Virus record (IMG/VR): IMGVR_UViG_3300030376_004534
Coordinates: 1 to 26,534 of that record
Direction: 5' to 3' (one strand)
DNA: 26,534 nt
DNA from: a virus
Taxonomy: Duplodnaviria > Caudoviricetes
Below are positions 1-8,941 of this stretch, piece after piece (position 1 is the first letter of the stretch; each line of letters starts with the position of its first letter). Position numbers and translations under genes: made by a program. The notes under the pieces are model-generated. The model ran no database searches. It was not told where the DNA came from and worked only from the letters and a program-made list of their open reading frames with translations.

Positions 1-185
1 AACTTAAAATTAACACTATCTTCTAAATTGTGTAATTTACGTTCAAGAATAATGTCGCATATATCTCTATCTAATTCTAAATCTTTTATTGCAAAACCGT
101 AGCCTATAGTATCTATACCTAAACTATCTTTATAAACTATACCTACATAACCTTCGTGTTTTTTAATGCTGTCTATTAAGCTCAT
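1..185 (-). CDS. Lysozyme/endolysin, GH24 (T4-like); runs off the window edge
   Basis: Not in the ORF track. Manual translation MSLIDSIKKHEGYVGIVYKDSLGIDTIGYGFAIK shows the GH24 catalytic E-x8-D-x5-T motif (HEG...YKD..G..TIGYG); upstream AGAAAG. Confidence 0.9.
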   Translation of the reverse strand, partial: MSLIDSIKKHEGYVGIVYKDSLGIDTIGYGFAIKDLELDRDICDIILERKLHNLEDSVNFK

Positions 186-210
186 TTTTTCTTTCTAAAT
201 ATTTTATTAT

Positions 211-240
211 AAAAGGAGGGAGTAAAAACTCCCCCCTTTA
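211..240 (-). terminator. Rho-independent terminator downstream of the major capsid gene
   Basis: Minus strand AAAGGGGGGAGT-TTTT-ACTCCCTCCTTTT: 12-bp stem with one G-U pair ending in a short U tract, 20 nt after the capsid stop. Confidence 0.8.
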
Positions 241-260
241 TATATTGCATTTAGTTTATA

Positions 261-1298
261 CTATACGTTTTTAGATAAACCAATGATTCTTCTGTCACCA
301 GCAGTAGCAGAGTTTCTAACTGCACAACCATAGATAGCATCTACAGTAATTAAGTCAGAAAGTTCTGTGTGTTGGTAAGATTGTTGTACTCTTGGTGATT
401 GAGCAGCAGCATAATATAATGCTGAGTTATGAATACAGAATCCTCTAAGAATGTCATCATTAGTAGAATCATTAGTATCAAAACCAGTCCAAGCAGTTAC
501 GCCTTTGTCTGCATCAGCAGAAACAGCACCTACATCTAAGTATGGAGATTGTGTAACCACAACATTCATTCCTAAAATGTTACCTGCAACACCTGTAGAA
601 GCGAAATCAGCACCTAATGGTCCTGCTGTACCTCTAACAAATCCTGCTGCTGAATCTAAAGCTGCTAAAGAAGCATATAAAGTAGGACTTAAAACCATTG
701 TCCAACCTTCTGTACTTCCTGTTTCAAGAATTACTGCTTTAAATATGTCATCAATATTACCTGCTGCAAGAGCATCGCCTACTTCTAACATATCTACAGT
801 ATCTTGTGTAGCACCTGATGTACCACCGTGAGCTGTAGTTAGATTATCAACTATTTTATACATTAAGTAATTATCAACACCTCTACCTATTGCATAAGCT
901 AATTGGTCAGAATACATATTAAATAAATTGTATGATGACTGAGCTTTTAATGCGTCAGGAATCCATAAAGATGTAACTTTATGTTGGTCTATACTTAATG
1001 AAGTTTCAGTTGCTACCATTGAACCACCTGAAGCTACGTCAGAAGCAATAGGTGTACCTTGTGCAACATCACCTAATGGTGTAACACCAATGTGTGGTAG
1101 GTGTATTTTATCTGCACCAACAGCTTCAGATGATAAATCATTAGCTAAAGGTAACATTACTGTGTTTGTTCTGAATTTATCAAGAATTGCTTGACCCCAT
1201 ACTTCAGGTACAAATTCTTGTCCTACTGAGTCAGCTGCAGCAGCAGATGCACCACCTTGCAGCATATTAATATCTAATGGATCACTTATGTTTGCCAT
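261..1298 (-). CDS. Major capsid protein (HK97 fold, P22-coat/N4-gp56-like)
   Basis: 345 aa; FVPEVWGQAIL N-terminal motif, 'KIHLPHIG', 'LSIDQHK', C-terminal 'DAIYGCAV'; directly downstream of scaffold and followed by a terminator. Confidence 0.88.
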   Translation of the reverse strand: MANISDPLDINMLQGGASAAAADSVGQEFVPEVWGQAILDKFRTNTVMLPLANDLSSEAVGADKIHLPHIGVTPLGDVAQGTPIASDVASGGSMVATETSLSIDQHKVTSLWIPDALKAQSSYNLFNMYSDQLAYAIGRGVDNYLMYKIVDNLTTAHGGTSGATQDTVDMLEVGDALAAGNIDDIFKAVILETGSTEGWTMVLSPTLYASLAALDSAAGFVRGTAGPLGADFASTGVAGNILGMNVVVTQSPYLDVGAVSADADKGVTAWTGFDTNDSTNDDILRGFCIHNSALYYAAAQSPRVQQSYQHTELSDLITVDAIYGCAVRNSATAGDRRIIGLSKNV

Positions 1299-1316
1299 TT
1301 ATAAAACCTTCTCTTT

Positions 1317-1835
1317 CTATTTTTTAGCAAAAGATTTTACGATGTCTTTCCAATTTCTTTCTTTGTCTTGTTTTGACATATTATGCCATTCATCAGACAT
1401 AGGTTTACCTTTAACAGTTGCCCTAACACTAGGTTCTGACGGTGTTTTAGGTTTTAATTGTGACACCATAAACTCTAATACGTCTAAATCTTTATTTTTG
1501 AATTGTTCACGCTGTTCTTCAGGTATAGAAGATAATAACACTTCTTTTCTTTGATTGACTATACTTTCATACTTTTCTTTGTATGGAGATAAAGATTCAA
1601 CTTCGGCTTCAAATTTTTCTGCCAATGTTTTAAATTCTTCTTTTTCTTTAAGTTTAGTGTTTTCTTGTTCTTGAAGTTGTTTTTTAATTTCTGATAACTG
1701 ATTTTCAGCTTCCTGTGCTCTTTTTCTATACTTCTTGCTTTCTGCTATGTACTCATTCTGAGCTGATTCCTGAGTAACATTCTCTGTACCATTATCCACT
1801 ACTGTTTCATTTGATACTACATTTTCTTCGGACAT
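1317..1835 (-). CDS. Capsid scaffolding protein
   Basis: Acidic N-terminus, 'ESKKYRKRAQ' coiled coil, 'EEFKTLAE', short C-terminal helix; strong SD AGGAGG; immediately upstream of the capsid gene. Confidence 0.8.
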   Translation of the reverse strand: MSEENVVSNETVVDNGTENVTQESAQNEYIAESKKYRKRAQEAENQLSEIKKQLQEQENTKLKEKEEFKTLAEKFEAEVESLSPYKEKYESIVNQRKEVLLSSIPEEQREQFKNKDLDVLEFMVSQLKPKTPSEPSVRATVKGKPMSDEWHNMSKQDKERNWKDIVKSFAKK

Positions 1836-1926
1836 ACTGCCCTCCTATATGTTGTGTATTTGTTAATGCAAAATACTATATCTTGCATTTCTCCTACTTC
1901 GTAAGTTAAATTAGAATGGTAGACTT
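1836..1926. promoter_or_regulatory. Divergent control region between scaffold/capsid and terminase operons
   Basis: 91-bp gap between divergent starts; inverted repeat AATGCAA(1865-1871)/TTGCATT(1883-1889); TTGCAT-18-TAAATT facing terL. Confidence 0.5.
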
Positions 1927-3237
1927 ATGCAAGTTTTAAATGATTACAAACAGAAATGGTTTGACTTTTTAGGGTACGAACCTCACGAGGGTCAGAGAAA
2001 GTTGCACTTTCCTACTAAAGAATCTGCAAGGTTTTTTGTTATGGTTTGTGGGAGGCGATTTGGAAAGACGACTGCGAGTGCTATGGAGGCAACCTTTTAT
2101 GCTTCTCAGCCTAATCAGCGTATATGGCTTGTAGGTCTTTCGTATGATAAAGCCGATTTGATGTTCAGAGAAGTATGGGATAAGATGGTAAAAGGACATC
2201 AGAATGACATTATTAAGGCTTCCGAAAAAGAAAGATATATCAAGTTCAAGTGGGGTACTACTGTAGAAGCTAAATCGGCAGATAATCCTGATTCACTTGT
2301 AGGTGAGGGATTAGATCTACTGATAATAGATGAAGCAGCTAAAGTTAGACCTAGAATTTGGGATATGTATTTATCTCCCACATTATCTGATAGAAAAGGT
2401 AAAGCTGTATTTATTTCAACACCAGAAGGGTTTAATTGGTTATATGATTTATTCTTATTGGGAAAAAGTGATGAACTTTGGGAATCTCACCAAGCTCCAT
2501 CTTGGGATAATGGTTTTGCTTTCCCTGAAGGTCAAGACGACAGGTTTCTTATTGAAAGAAAGCGTAATATGGCTAAAGAGCTATATGACCAAGAGTATGG
2601 AGCACAATTTACATCGTTTGAAGGTAGGGTTTATCCTTTTGATAGGAATATTGATGTCGGCTACTATCCTTATAACCCACATCTTCCTACTTTTTGTAGT
2701 ATTGATTTTGGGTACAGGATGCCTTCTGTGGGATGGTATCAAACCTACAGAGTAAATGGTGAATGGCATATAAATATGATAGACGAGATAATACACGAAA
2801 CAAACATTAAGACAGACGAATTAGCACAAAGAATTAGAAGTAAAAAATATAATGTTATGAGATATTATGGTGACCCAGCAGGGTTACAAGCACAAGGACA
2901 GTCAGGCGTAGGAGATATAGAAATTTTTAGAAAAATGGGTATAGCAGTAAACACAATAACAGATAAAGCATCAAGAAGCATAACAGCAGGTGTTAATCAC
3001 GTTAGAAGTTTTGTAGAAAACGCCAATGGCGAAAGATACCTACACCTAAACAACAACTGTATAGGTATGGCAGAAGATTTAGAAAGTTACAGGTACCCAG
3101 AGGCTCAAGATAGTAAGCCGTTAAAACAAGAACCATTAAAAGATGGTTACCACGACCACGGATGTGACCAATTAAGATATTTTTTTATTAACCATTTTCC
3201 AATTAAAAACAGACAAATAAAGGTAAGGAACAGATGA
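1927..3237 (+). CDS. terL: Terminase large subunit
   Basis: PHEGQ Q-motif, Walker A CGRRFGKT, Walker B LLIIDEAA, 'FISTPEG' motif III, nuclease 'IDFG' and 'DHGCDQLRY'. Confidence 0.96.
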   Translation: MQVLNDYKQKWFDFLGYEPHEGQRKLHFPTKESARFFVMVCGRRFGKTTASAMEATFYASQPNQRIWLVGLSYDKADLMFREVWDKMVKGHQNDIIKASEKERYIKFKWGTTVEAKSADNPDSLVGEGLDLLIIDEAAKVRPRIWDMYLSPTLSDRKGKAVFISTPEGFNWLYDLFLLGKSDELWESHQAPSWDNGFAFPEGQDDRFLIERKRNMAKELYDQEYGAQFTSFEGRVYPFDRNIDVGYYPYNPHLPTFCSIDFGYRMPSVGWYQTYRVNGEWHINMIDEIIHETNIKTDELAQRIRSKKYNVMRYYGDPAGLQAQGQSGVGDIEIFRKMGIAVNTITDKASRSITAGVNHVRSFVENANGERYLHLNNNCIGMAEDLESYRYPEAQDSKPLKQEPLKDGYHDHGCDQLRYFFINHFPIKNRQIKVRNR

Positions 3238-4514
3238 TATACGAAGAAACAGATATAATACAAGAAAGTTTAAAAGAATTAAAAGTCTATAATTACAAAC
3301 AAAGAGAAAATTATGTTAATAAATTATTAGATTATTACAATGGTAATGATACTGCAAATTATATAGCTTCCAAGTTTGATTTAGAAGCATTTAGAGAAGT
3401 TCCTCCGTATGAAGCAAATATTACCAAAAAATTTATAAATAAAATGTCAAGAGTATATACTATTGGTGCTAGTAGAAATGTTAATGAAAAATATGATAGT
3501 TTTTCTGTTTTAAAAGATTCAAAAATGAAACATATAGAAAGAATGACACGTTTAATTGGAACAATAGCTACTAGAATTATGTATGTTGATGGAGAAATGC
3601 CTTACTTTGATTATCAACCAATATATTATTTTCATCCTTTCTTTGCTGATGACCCATTTAAACCTGTTGCAATATCTTATCCTTTAATGAATTATGTAGA
3701 TGATTCTAGTAATTCAGATAAATTACAATATATACATTGGAATGATATAGAATATGTTATATTTGATGAAGAAGGTAATATTTTAGAACAAAAAGAACAC
3801 GGATATGGCGTTTTACCATTTGCATTTACACACAGAGAACATCAATGTGATTCTTTTTATGTAGAAGGTGCAAATGACATAATGAACGCTAACGAACACA
3901 TAAATATCACAATGACAGAAATGCAGCTAGGTTTAAGATTTCAAATGTTTGGACAACCTGTAGTTTCAGGAGCAGATTTAGGAAATAGACAAAGATTTGG
4001 CTCAGATGTTATATTAGAACTGCCAGATGGTGCAAATTATGATATAAAATCGCCATCAGGTGATATTAACAAGGTTATAGAAAATGTTAAGTTCCAAATG
4101 GAGCTTGTAGCACAAAATAACCACTTATCTGTACAGTTTGCACAAGATGGTGGCGAAACTCCTAGTGGTATAGCCTTAAAAATTAAGGATTTAGAGAGTT
4201 TTGAAGATTATCAAGATGATTTAGAGCTTTGGAAACGATATGAGCACGAAATGTACCAAATTGAACGTAAAATAGCTAGTGTATTAAACATTAGTATGCC
4301 AGACACATTAAAATTAGACTTTAATGAGCCTGATTACCCAATGACAGTACAAGACCAGATAGCACTAGACAATCATAGGCTATCACTAGGATTAATGAGT
4401 AAAGCCGAACTAATGGTTGAATACAATAAAGACTTAACTATAGAAGAAGCAAATGCTAAACTAACTGCAAACCAAGCACTAATAGAGCCTGAAGATGATA
4501 GAAGTCAAGTATAA
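3234..4514 (+). CDS. Portal protein (SPP1 gp6-like)
   Basis: 426 aa overlapping the terL stop (ATGA); 'LDYYNG', 'HGYGVLPF', 'SGIALKIK', 'LDFNEP' motifs typical of SPP1-type portals. Confidence 0.88.
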   Translation: MIYEETDIIQESLKELKVYNYKQRENYVNKLLDYYNGNDTANYIASKFDLEAFREVPPYEANITKKFINKMSRVYTIGASRNVNEKYDSFSVLKDSKMKHIERMTRLIGTIATRIMYVDGEMPYFDYQPIYYFHPFFADDPFKPVAISYPLMNYVDDSSNSDKLQYIHWNDIEYVIFDEEGNILEQKEHGYGVLPFAFTHREHQCDSFYVEGANDIMNANEHINITMTEMQLGLRFQMFGQPVVSGADLGNRQRFGSDVILELPDGANYDIKSPSGDINKVIENVKFQMELVAQNNHLSVQFAQDGGETPSGIALKIKDLESFEDYQDDLELWKRYEHEMYQIERKIASVLNISMPDTLKLDFNEPDYPMTVQDQIALDNHRLSLGLMSKAELMVEYNKDLTIEEANAKLTANQALIEPEDDRSQV

Positions 4515-4959
4515 TATTGATTTTAAAAAAGCTCTTAAAGAGTTAGAAAAAGATAAGCTATCAGAAACTTTAAATGAAGGCGTTGCAGATAAATTTGCTA
4601 AAAATTCAACAAAATTCATAAAAGCAGGTAAAGTAGAGCCTGAATTATCAGATAAAAACCCAAGAGGTGTAGATGCACCACCATTATTTGATACTGGTAA
4701 ACTTGCAAAAAGTTTAAAAGGTAGCTCAAAAGGTATTAGTGGTGTTACTTATGGTAAAAAACATTACCAAAAAGATGGATATACTTGGAAGAAAAAAGTT
4801 TTTTTAAGAGGCAAAGAAAAGACACTTAATCTAAAAGTTCCACAAAGAAAGTTTATAAGTGCAGATTATCCAAGTGAAAAGTCGGCAAATAACAAAATTT
4901 ACAAGGAATTTCAGAAAAAATTCGTTAACTTACTAAGTAAACGTATAAGGAAACGATAA
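4495..4959 (+). CDS. Virion morphogenesis / neck-type protein (Mu gpG / HK97 gp10-like)
   Basis: Basic protein with 'PLFDTGKLAKSL', 'YGKKH' and 'VPQRKFI' motifs. Confidence 0.6.
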   Translation: MIEVKYNIDFKKALKELEKDKLSETLNEGVADKFAKNSTKFIKAGKVEPELSDKNPRGVDAPPLFDTGKLAKSLKGSSKGISGVTYGKKHYQKDGYTWKKKVFLRGKEKTLNLKVPQRKFISADYPSEKSANNKIYKEFQKKFVNLLSKRIRKR

Positions 4960-5192
4960 TGAAAAATTCTGAAGCCGAAGCAATAGAAATCCTACTAAGA
5001 AACGTAATCAATATGCACGAAAAATTAAACATACTAATAGATTACTTAGCTAAAGATATAGAACAAGACGATAAATACGAAAGAGAATTTTACAAAGACG
5101 AAGATATGTTAGTGCAAATAGAAAAAGACACATACAAACAAATGTGCGATTTAATGGAAGATAACACAATACCCTTTATGGGAATAGCTTAG
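4959..5192 (+). CDS. Hypothetical acidic protein
   Basis: 77 aa, TAATG coupling, SD AAGGA. Confidence 0.6.
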   Translation: MKNSEAEAIEILLRNVINMHEKLNILIDYLAKDIEQDDKYEREFYKDEDMLVQIEKDTYKQMCDLMEDNTIPFMGIA

Positions 5193-5201
5193 TGGAGAAA
5201 A

Positions 5202-5510
5202 ATGGATATTTTAGCGATTATGGAACAGTTTGGAATACCAGTTACGATGACGATAGCGTTCGGATTTTTTATATGGAGGCAGAACAAGTTTATACAGGAA
5301 ACTCTAATGACAGAGTTAGATCAAGACTTCAAGAGGTTGGAAGGTATTATTATCAAACTAATCGACCAACAGAAGAAAGTACAAATGGAGCAAAAGAAAC
5401 TAAACGGAATCTTTAAAGCTCAAGTAGAAATAATCGCAAGACTATCAGGTAACGGATTAAAAGACAAATTTTTAAGAATTATGGAACAAGGTGGTATGAA
5501 AGATGACTAA
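5202..5510 (+). CDS. Single-TM membrane protein with coiled coil; holin-like (BhlA-type topology)
   Basis: GGAG SD; N-terminal 'FGIPVTMTIAFGFFIW' hydrophobic helix followed by a heptad-rich tail. Confidence 0.55.
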   Translation: MDILAIMEQFGIPVTMTIAFGFFIWRQNKFIQETLMTELDQDFKRLEGIIIKLIDQQKKVQMEQKKLNGIFKAQVEIIARLSGNGLKDKFLRIMEQGGMKDD

Positions 5511-5655
5511 ACAAACAAAAAAACTAACAATAGTAACTCCTATGGGTAGTCTTGAAAGTGATTCAGGTAGTCATTTTGTAGATGTTATAACAGTTCTTGG
5601 TTCTGTCTTGGCGATAATGATACTTAAAAAGCTAGTAAGTAAATACGTTAAGTAG
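5503..5655 (+). CDS. Small membrane protein (50 aa)
   Basis: Manual translation MTKQTKKLTIVTPMGSLESDSGSHFVDVITVLGSVLAIMILKKLVSKYVK; C-terminal TM helix; overlaps the previous stop. Confidence 0.55.
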   Translation: MTKQTKKLTIVTPMGSLESDSGSHFVDVITVLGSVLAIMILKKLVSKYVK

Positions 5656-6286
5656 ATTCCTCAGCAGCAACAATAGATTCTTCCCACTCTTTTCTTTGAC
5701 CTTTAGTAGGGCGTTTAGCACTTAATGGTTTAATACCTACAGCTTTAGCTCTTTTCTTCCAACGATACCATTCCTTACGCATATCATTACGAGTTTTCTT
5801 CTTGTTGTCGTATCTATCCTTTTCTATCTCACTCTTTAACGCTACCTTTTCTTGTTTAACAGTCTTAGAAGGCTTTCTTTCAGGTAAGTCCTCTGGTATC
5901 GCCACATCATCAAATACCTCAACAATCTCTGCATCTTGTATATCATCAGACTTAAGAAACTTCTCAAAAGGACTATCAATGGTAATATTTACGTTTTTAA
6001 CGAGTTTTCCACTATGCTCTAGTACTAACCTAGCAGCTTGTACATTACCGTGTTTAGCTTCCCTTACCATAGCATTAATAACAGCAGGTAACTGTGAGCC
6101 AAACTCAGTCATATACCTTTCATAAATCTTATCTATAAACATAGGATCTTGTCGCCATTTAGCTACACATATATCAGATACACCTACTTTAGAGGCAACT
6201 TCTTTAACTGTAATAGCAGGATTTAGTGCGAAAAGCTCTATCGCTAGTACTTTGTGGGGTTTTCTTTGTGCTGGTGTCGTCTGCAT
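5648..6286 (-). CDS. terS: Terminase small subunit-like HTH protein
   Basis: N-terminal HTH (TVKEVASKVGVSDICVAKWRQDPMF), 'REAKHGNVQAARLVLE' oligomerisation motif, basic C-terminal tail; GGAG SD. Confidence 0.7.
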   Translation of the reverse strand: MQTTPAQRKPHKVLAIELFALNPAITVKEVASKVGVSDICVAKWRQDPMFIDKIYERYMTEFGSQLPAVINAMVREAKHGNVQAARLVLEHSGKLVKNVNITIDSPFEKFLKSDDIQDAEIVEVFDDVAIPEDLPERKPSKTVKQEKVALKSEIEKDRYDNKKKTRNDMRKEWYRWKKRAKAVGIKPLSAKRPTKGQRKEWEESIVAAEEST

Positions 6287-6757
6287 ACTCCATAATTTAG
6301 TACTTGTTGGTACATTTTTCCTATTTTTTTTATTTTTGAGATATGGTACTTAGTATCTACCTTTTTTGTGGAAGGGGTTCCGACAAAAGAAAATTTCCGG
6401 CTATCCCCCATACACCCCATTTAAGGCAAATATACGTCTTAGGGTATGTTATGGTATGCCTAGACTATTTTAATGGCTAATTTGGCTAATTTGGTAGATA
6501 ATATGGGGATAATAAGCGATACAATAACCGATATTCTTAATGTTTTTAATTCTATACTAAATATATAATCTTAAATTCTTTTAAATAATCTTGCAGCAAA
6601 CACCAAACCAAAACCAAAACCAATACCATTAATTGTTTTATCTTACTATGTATTAAATGTACTTAGAACGGCACGAAATCACACCACTAATTGATATTAC
6701 AAACATTAAATAAAAGTTTTTTCTCTTTAATAAATTAAATAAATATAATCTTTTTGT

Positions 6758-6785
6758 TTGCATTAATGAAAATAATGTTTAAATT
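6758..6785 (+). promoter_or_regulatory. Candidate sigma70-type early promoter
   Basis: TTGCAT-16 nt-TAAATT with very AT-rich upstream tract, about 40 nt before the first early ORF. Confidence 0.4.
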
Positions 6786-6826
6786 ACTGCGTAAGCAATT
6801 AAATAATTAACTAAATAAGGAATAAA

Positions 6827-7102
6827 ATGAAATTAATAATAGATCATAATAATGAAATAGTTTTTAAAACTACAAAAAGTATAGAAGAAATTAAAGCATA
6901 TATTGAAGATTTAGGTAAAAAAGATATAATGAAATTAATTGATATGTTTGAAGGGCTTGATGAAATAGACCCTTATAACGCATTCAGTGTAAATATTTAT
7001 AAAAACGCTGGATATAATAACAGAAGCGAAATATCAATTTATGGTGATGATGGTATTATAACACTTGAAATATTAGAACTTAATAAAATAAATAATATAT
7101 AA
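6827..7102 (+). CDS. Hypothetical early protein
   Basis: 91 aa, SD AAGGA. Confidence 0.65.
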   Translation: MKLIIDHNNEIVFKTTKSIEEIKAYIEDLGKKDIMKLIDMFEGLDEIDPYNAFSVNIYKNAGYNNRSEISIYGDDGIITLEILELNKINNI

Positions 7103-7125
7103 ATAAAAACAGGAGATCAAATAAA

Positions 7126-7491
7126 ATGAAAACAGAAACTAAAAAACTAAACTGGAATGGTTTAACAGATCAAGAACAAGAACTTACTGAAAGTATTATT
7201 AATAAAGATGTATTAACATTATGTAATGAATTAGTAGAATATATTGGTCAAAATGGTGATGGTGGTCAGTTAGAATTTGATAATATATATGATGAAGAAA
7301 ATGATGAATATGTAGAGATTTATCAATATTTTATCATTACTGAATGGTTATATGAAGAGCTTTCTAAAATTGGTGGTTGTGTAGCTGAATTTAAAGGATT
7401 TTATATTTGGGGTAGAACTGACTTTGGTCAATCTATGCAAATGAATCACGAACTTAAAACAATAGCTAAAAACGTAATAGAAAGGGTATAA
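7126..7491 (+). CDS. Conserved-looking phage hypothetical protein
   Basis: 121 aa, SD AGGAG; 'EIYQYFII..WL...L......IWGRT..GQ' pattern recalled from phage early proteins. Confidence 0.75.
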   Translation: MKTETKKLNWNGLTDQEQELTESIINKDVLTLCNELVEYIGQNGDGGQLEFDNIYDEENDEYVEIYQYFIITEWLYEELSKIGGCVAEFKGFYIWGRTDFGQSMQMNHELKTIAKNVIERV

Positions 7492-7492
7492 T

Positions 7493-7597
7493 ATGAAACG
7501 TATCATATATTTACATATCAAAACAAAAACAAAAAATAAAATAAGAATATCGCCTCAATTATTAAAGAAACCAGTTAAGATTAAAAAGTCTATCTGA
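7493..7597 (+). CDS. Small basic peptide (34 aa) whose stop codon lies in the hammerhead core
   Basis: MKRIIYLHIKTKTKNKIRISPQLLKKPVKIKKSI; upstream GAAAGGG; starts 1 nt after the previous stop. Confidence 0.45.
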   Translation: MKRIIYLHIKTKTKNKIRISPQLLKKPVKIKKSI

Positions 7598-7649
7598 TGA
7601 GCTTTATTTAAGCGAAATAAGGCATTTTATAAAGTGCCTTATCATAGAC
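7588..7649 (+). ncRNA. Hammerhead ribozyme, type I
   Basis: Stem I GUCUAU/AUAGAC; core CUGAUGA (7594-7600); stem II GCUU-UAUUU-AAGC; GAAA (7614-7617); stem III UAAGGCAUUU-UAUA-AAGUGCCUUA; AUC cleavage triplet, predicted cut after C7643. Confidence 0.93.
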
Positions 7650-7677
7650 ACTAACAAATAAAAAATGGAGTTAAAAA

Positions 7678-7785
7678 ATGAAATATTTTATAAATCATAA
7701 TAAACAAAATACTAAAAAATATATAATATATAATAATGATTATATATATAATATTAACGGCTATAATTATAATAACACTAATTAA
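7678..7785 (+). CDS. Small Asn/Tyr-rich ORF (35 aa)
   Basis: GGAG SD; MKYFINHNKQNTKKYIIYNNDYIYNINGYNYNNTN; low complexity, may be decaying. Confidence 0.35.
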   Translation: MKYFINHNKQNTKKYIIYNNDYIYNINGYNYNNTN

Positions 7786-7916
7786 AACATAGGAGGACGG
7801 CAAAAAATTAACAAAGTTTATGATCTATAAACTACAACGTTGTTGTTATTGTTAATAATAAAAGATAGTAATAATTTATAATATGTTAAAACAAACAAAC
7901 AAAAAAGGGAATAAAA

Positions 7917-8156
7917 ATGATAAATAAATATATAAAAAAATGTTCAATCGTTGAAGGTGTTCACAATGAATCTATTATAATTGATGAATTACAAGTTATA
8001 AATAATATTTGTAATTCTAGTTTAAAATTACAGGCTACAATCAAAAACAAATATAATATAATTAATGATAACGAAGTATTACAAACTGGAACTATAAAAG
8101 AACTTGCTTTTTTTATTTCTGGTTTGAGATCGATAATTCCAGTGTTTAAAAAATGA
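7917..8156 (+). CDS. Hypothetical protein
   Basis: 79 aa, SD AAGGGA. Confidence 0.6.
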   Translation: MINKYIKKCSIVEGVHNESIIIDELQVINNICNSSLKLQATIKNKYNIINDNEVLQTGTIKELAFFISGLRSIIPVFKK

Positions 8157-8341
8157 TTTGGAAAAAAACAAAATATTTAAAAGGTTATAAATTTACTTAT
8201 CAAGAATTTCCAGTAAAGGAAAGTAATAATAAAACATATATATTATCTGTTGCTTGTTATGATTGGAATTATGATTTTGTTGGATACAAATTATATAAGA
8301 AAAAAAACGGATATATATATTATACTAATGTTAATAACTAA
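8153..8341 (+). CDS. Hypothetical protein
   Basis: 62 aa, ATGA coupling. Confidence 0.55.
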   Translation: MIWKKTKYLKGYKFTYQEFPVKESNNKTYILSVACYDWNYDFVGYKLYKKKNGYIYYTNVNN

Positions 8342-8581
8342 TAGAAAGGGCGGCAAAAAATGAAAATAGAAAAAGTTAAAATATCTTATTTAATAGATCA
8401 TTTAATATTAGAAGAAGAAATAAAATATTATACTAATGAAATTTTAAGAACGGGTTGGTGTCTATATAATATAGAAGATTATCAAGAAAGAATGTATAAT
8501 ATGGGTCGGAAAAAAATAAAAGAATTAGAACTTAATAATAAACAGGTTAATAACTAATAGAGAGGAACGGCAAAAAATGAA
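8330..8581 (+). repeat. About 35-bp direct repeats flanking the 65-aa ORF
   Basis: GTTAATAACTAATAG-A(A/G)AGG..-CGGCAAAAAATGAA at 8330-8364 and 8546-8581; partial copies at 7789-7809 and 8930-8943. Confidence 0.85.
8360..8557 (+). CDS. Hypothetical protein
   Basis: 65 aa; start and stop both lie inside the junction repeats. Confidence 0.6.
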   Translation: MKIEKVKISYLIDHLILEEEIKYYTNEILRTGWCLYNIEDYQERMYNMGRKKIKELELNNKQVNN

Positions 8582-8747
8582 TACAATAAGTTGTCCAAAG
8601 TGTGATTATGAAACAGAAGCACTAATAAAAGATAATGGCGATATTGATGAGGATTATATCCCTGAACACTATTGCTACCCATTAAGCGATAACCTTACAA
8701 CAACATATTATAAAATCAATAATAAATGGATAGGAGAAAAAGAATGA
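8577..8747 (+). CDS. Small putative Zn-binding protein (56 aa)
   Basis: Manual translation MNTISCPKCDYE...PEHYCYPL...; CxxC plus HxC; SD GAGGA. Confidence 0.6.
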   Translation: MNTISCPKCDYETEALIKDNGDIDEDYIPEHYCYPLSDNLTTTYYKINNKWIGEKE

Positions 8748-8941
8748 GTGATGAAAAATGGTATTGGAAAGGTAACGGAGTATTTAAAAAAGATGAACTC
8801 ATAAAAAAAATGAAAGATTGTTATATTTGTACAGATTATGGCTATAAAATTAATAGAGATGGCTATACTTTATGTAAACAACATTATAATGAAGTAGAAG
8901 ATTTATTTAAACAAATAGATGAAAAGAATGTTAATGACTAA
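8744..8941 (+). CDS. Small putative Zn-binding protein
   Basis: Start moved to ATG 8744 (AGGAG SD, ATGA coupling); CYIC...CKQH. Confidence 0.6.
   Translation: MSDEKWYWKGNGVFKKDELIKKMKDCYICTDYGYKINRDGYTLCKQHYNEVEDLFKQIDEKNVND

Noticed and set aside
451-2796. Alternative ORFs 451-831, 1288-1554, 1969-2199, 2199-2381, 2330-2755 and 2581-2796
   Set aside because: Antisense or off-frame shadows of capsid, scaffold and terL with no motifs.
5192-6125. ORFs 5192-5416 and 5802-6125
   Set aside because: Overlap the better-supported membrane protein (which has the SD) and terS.
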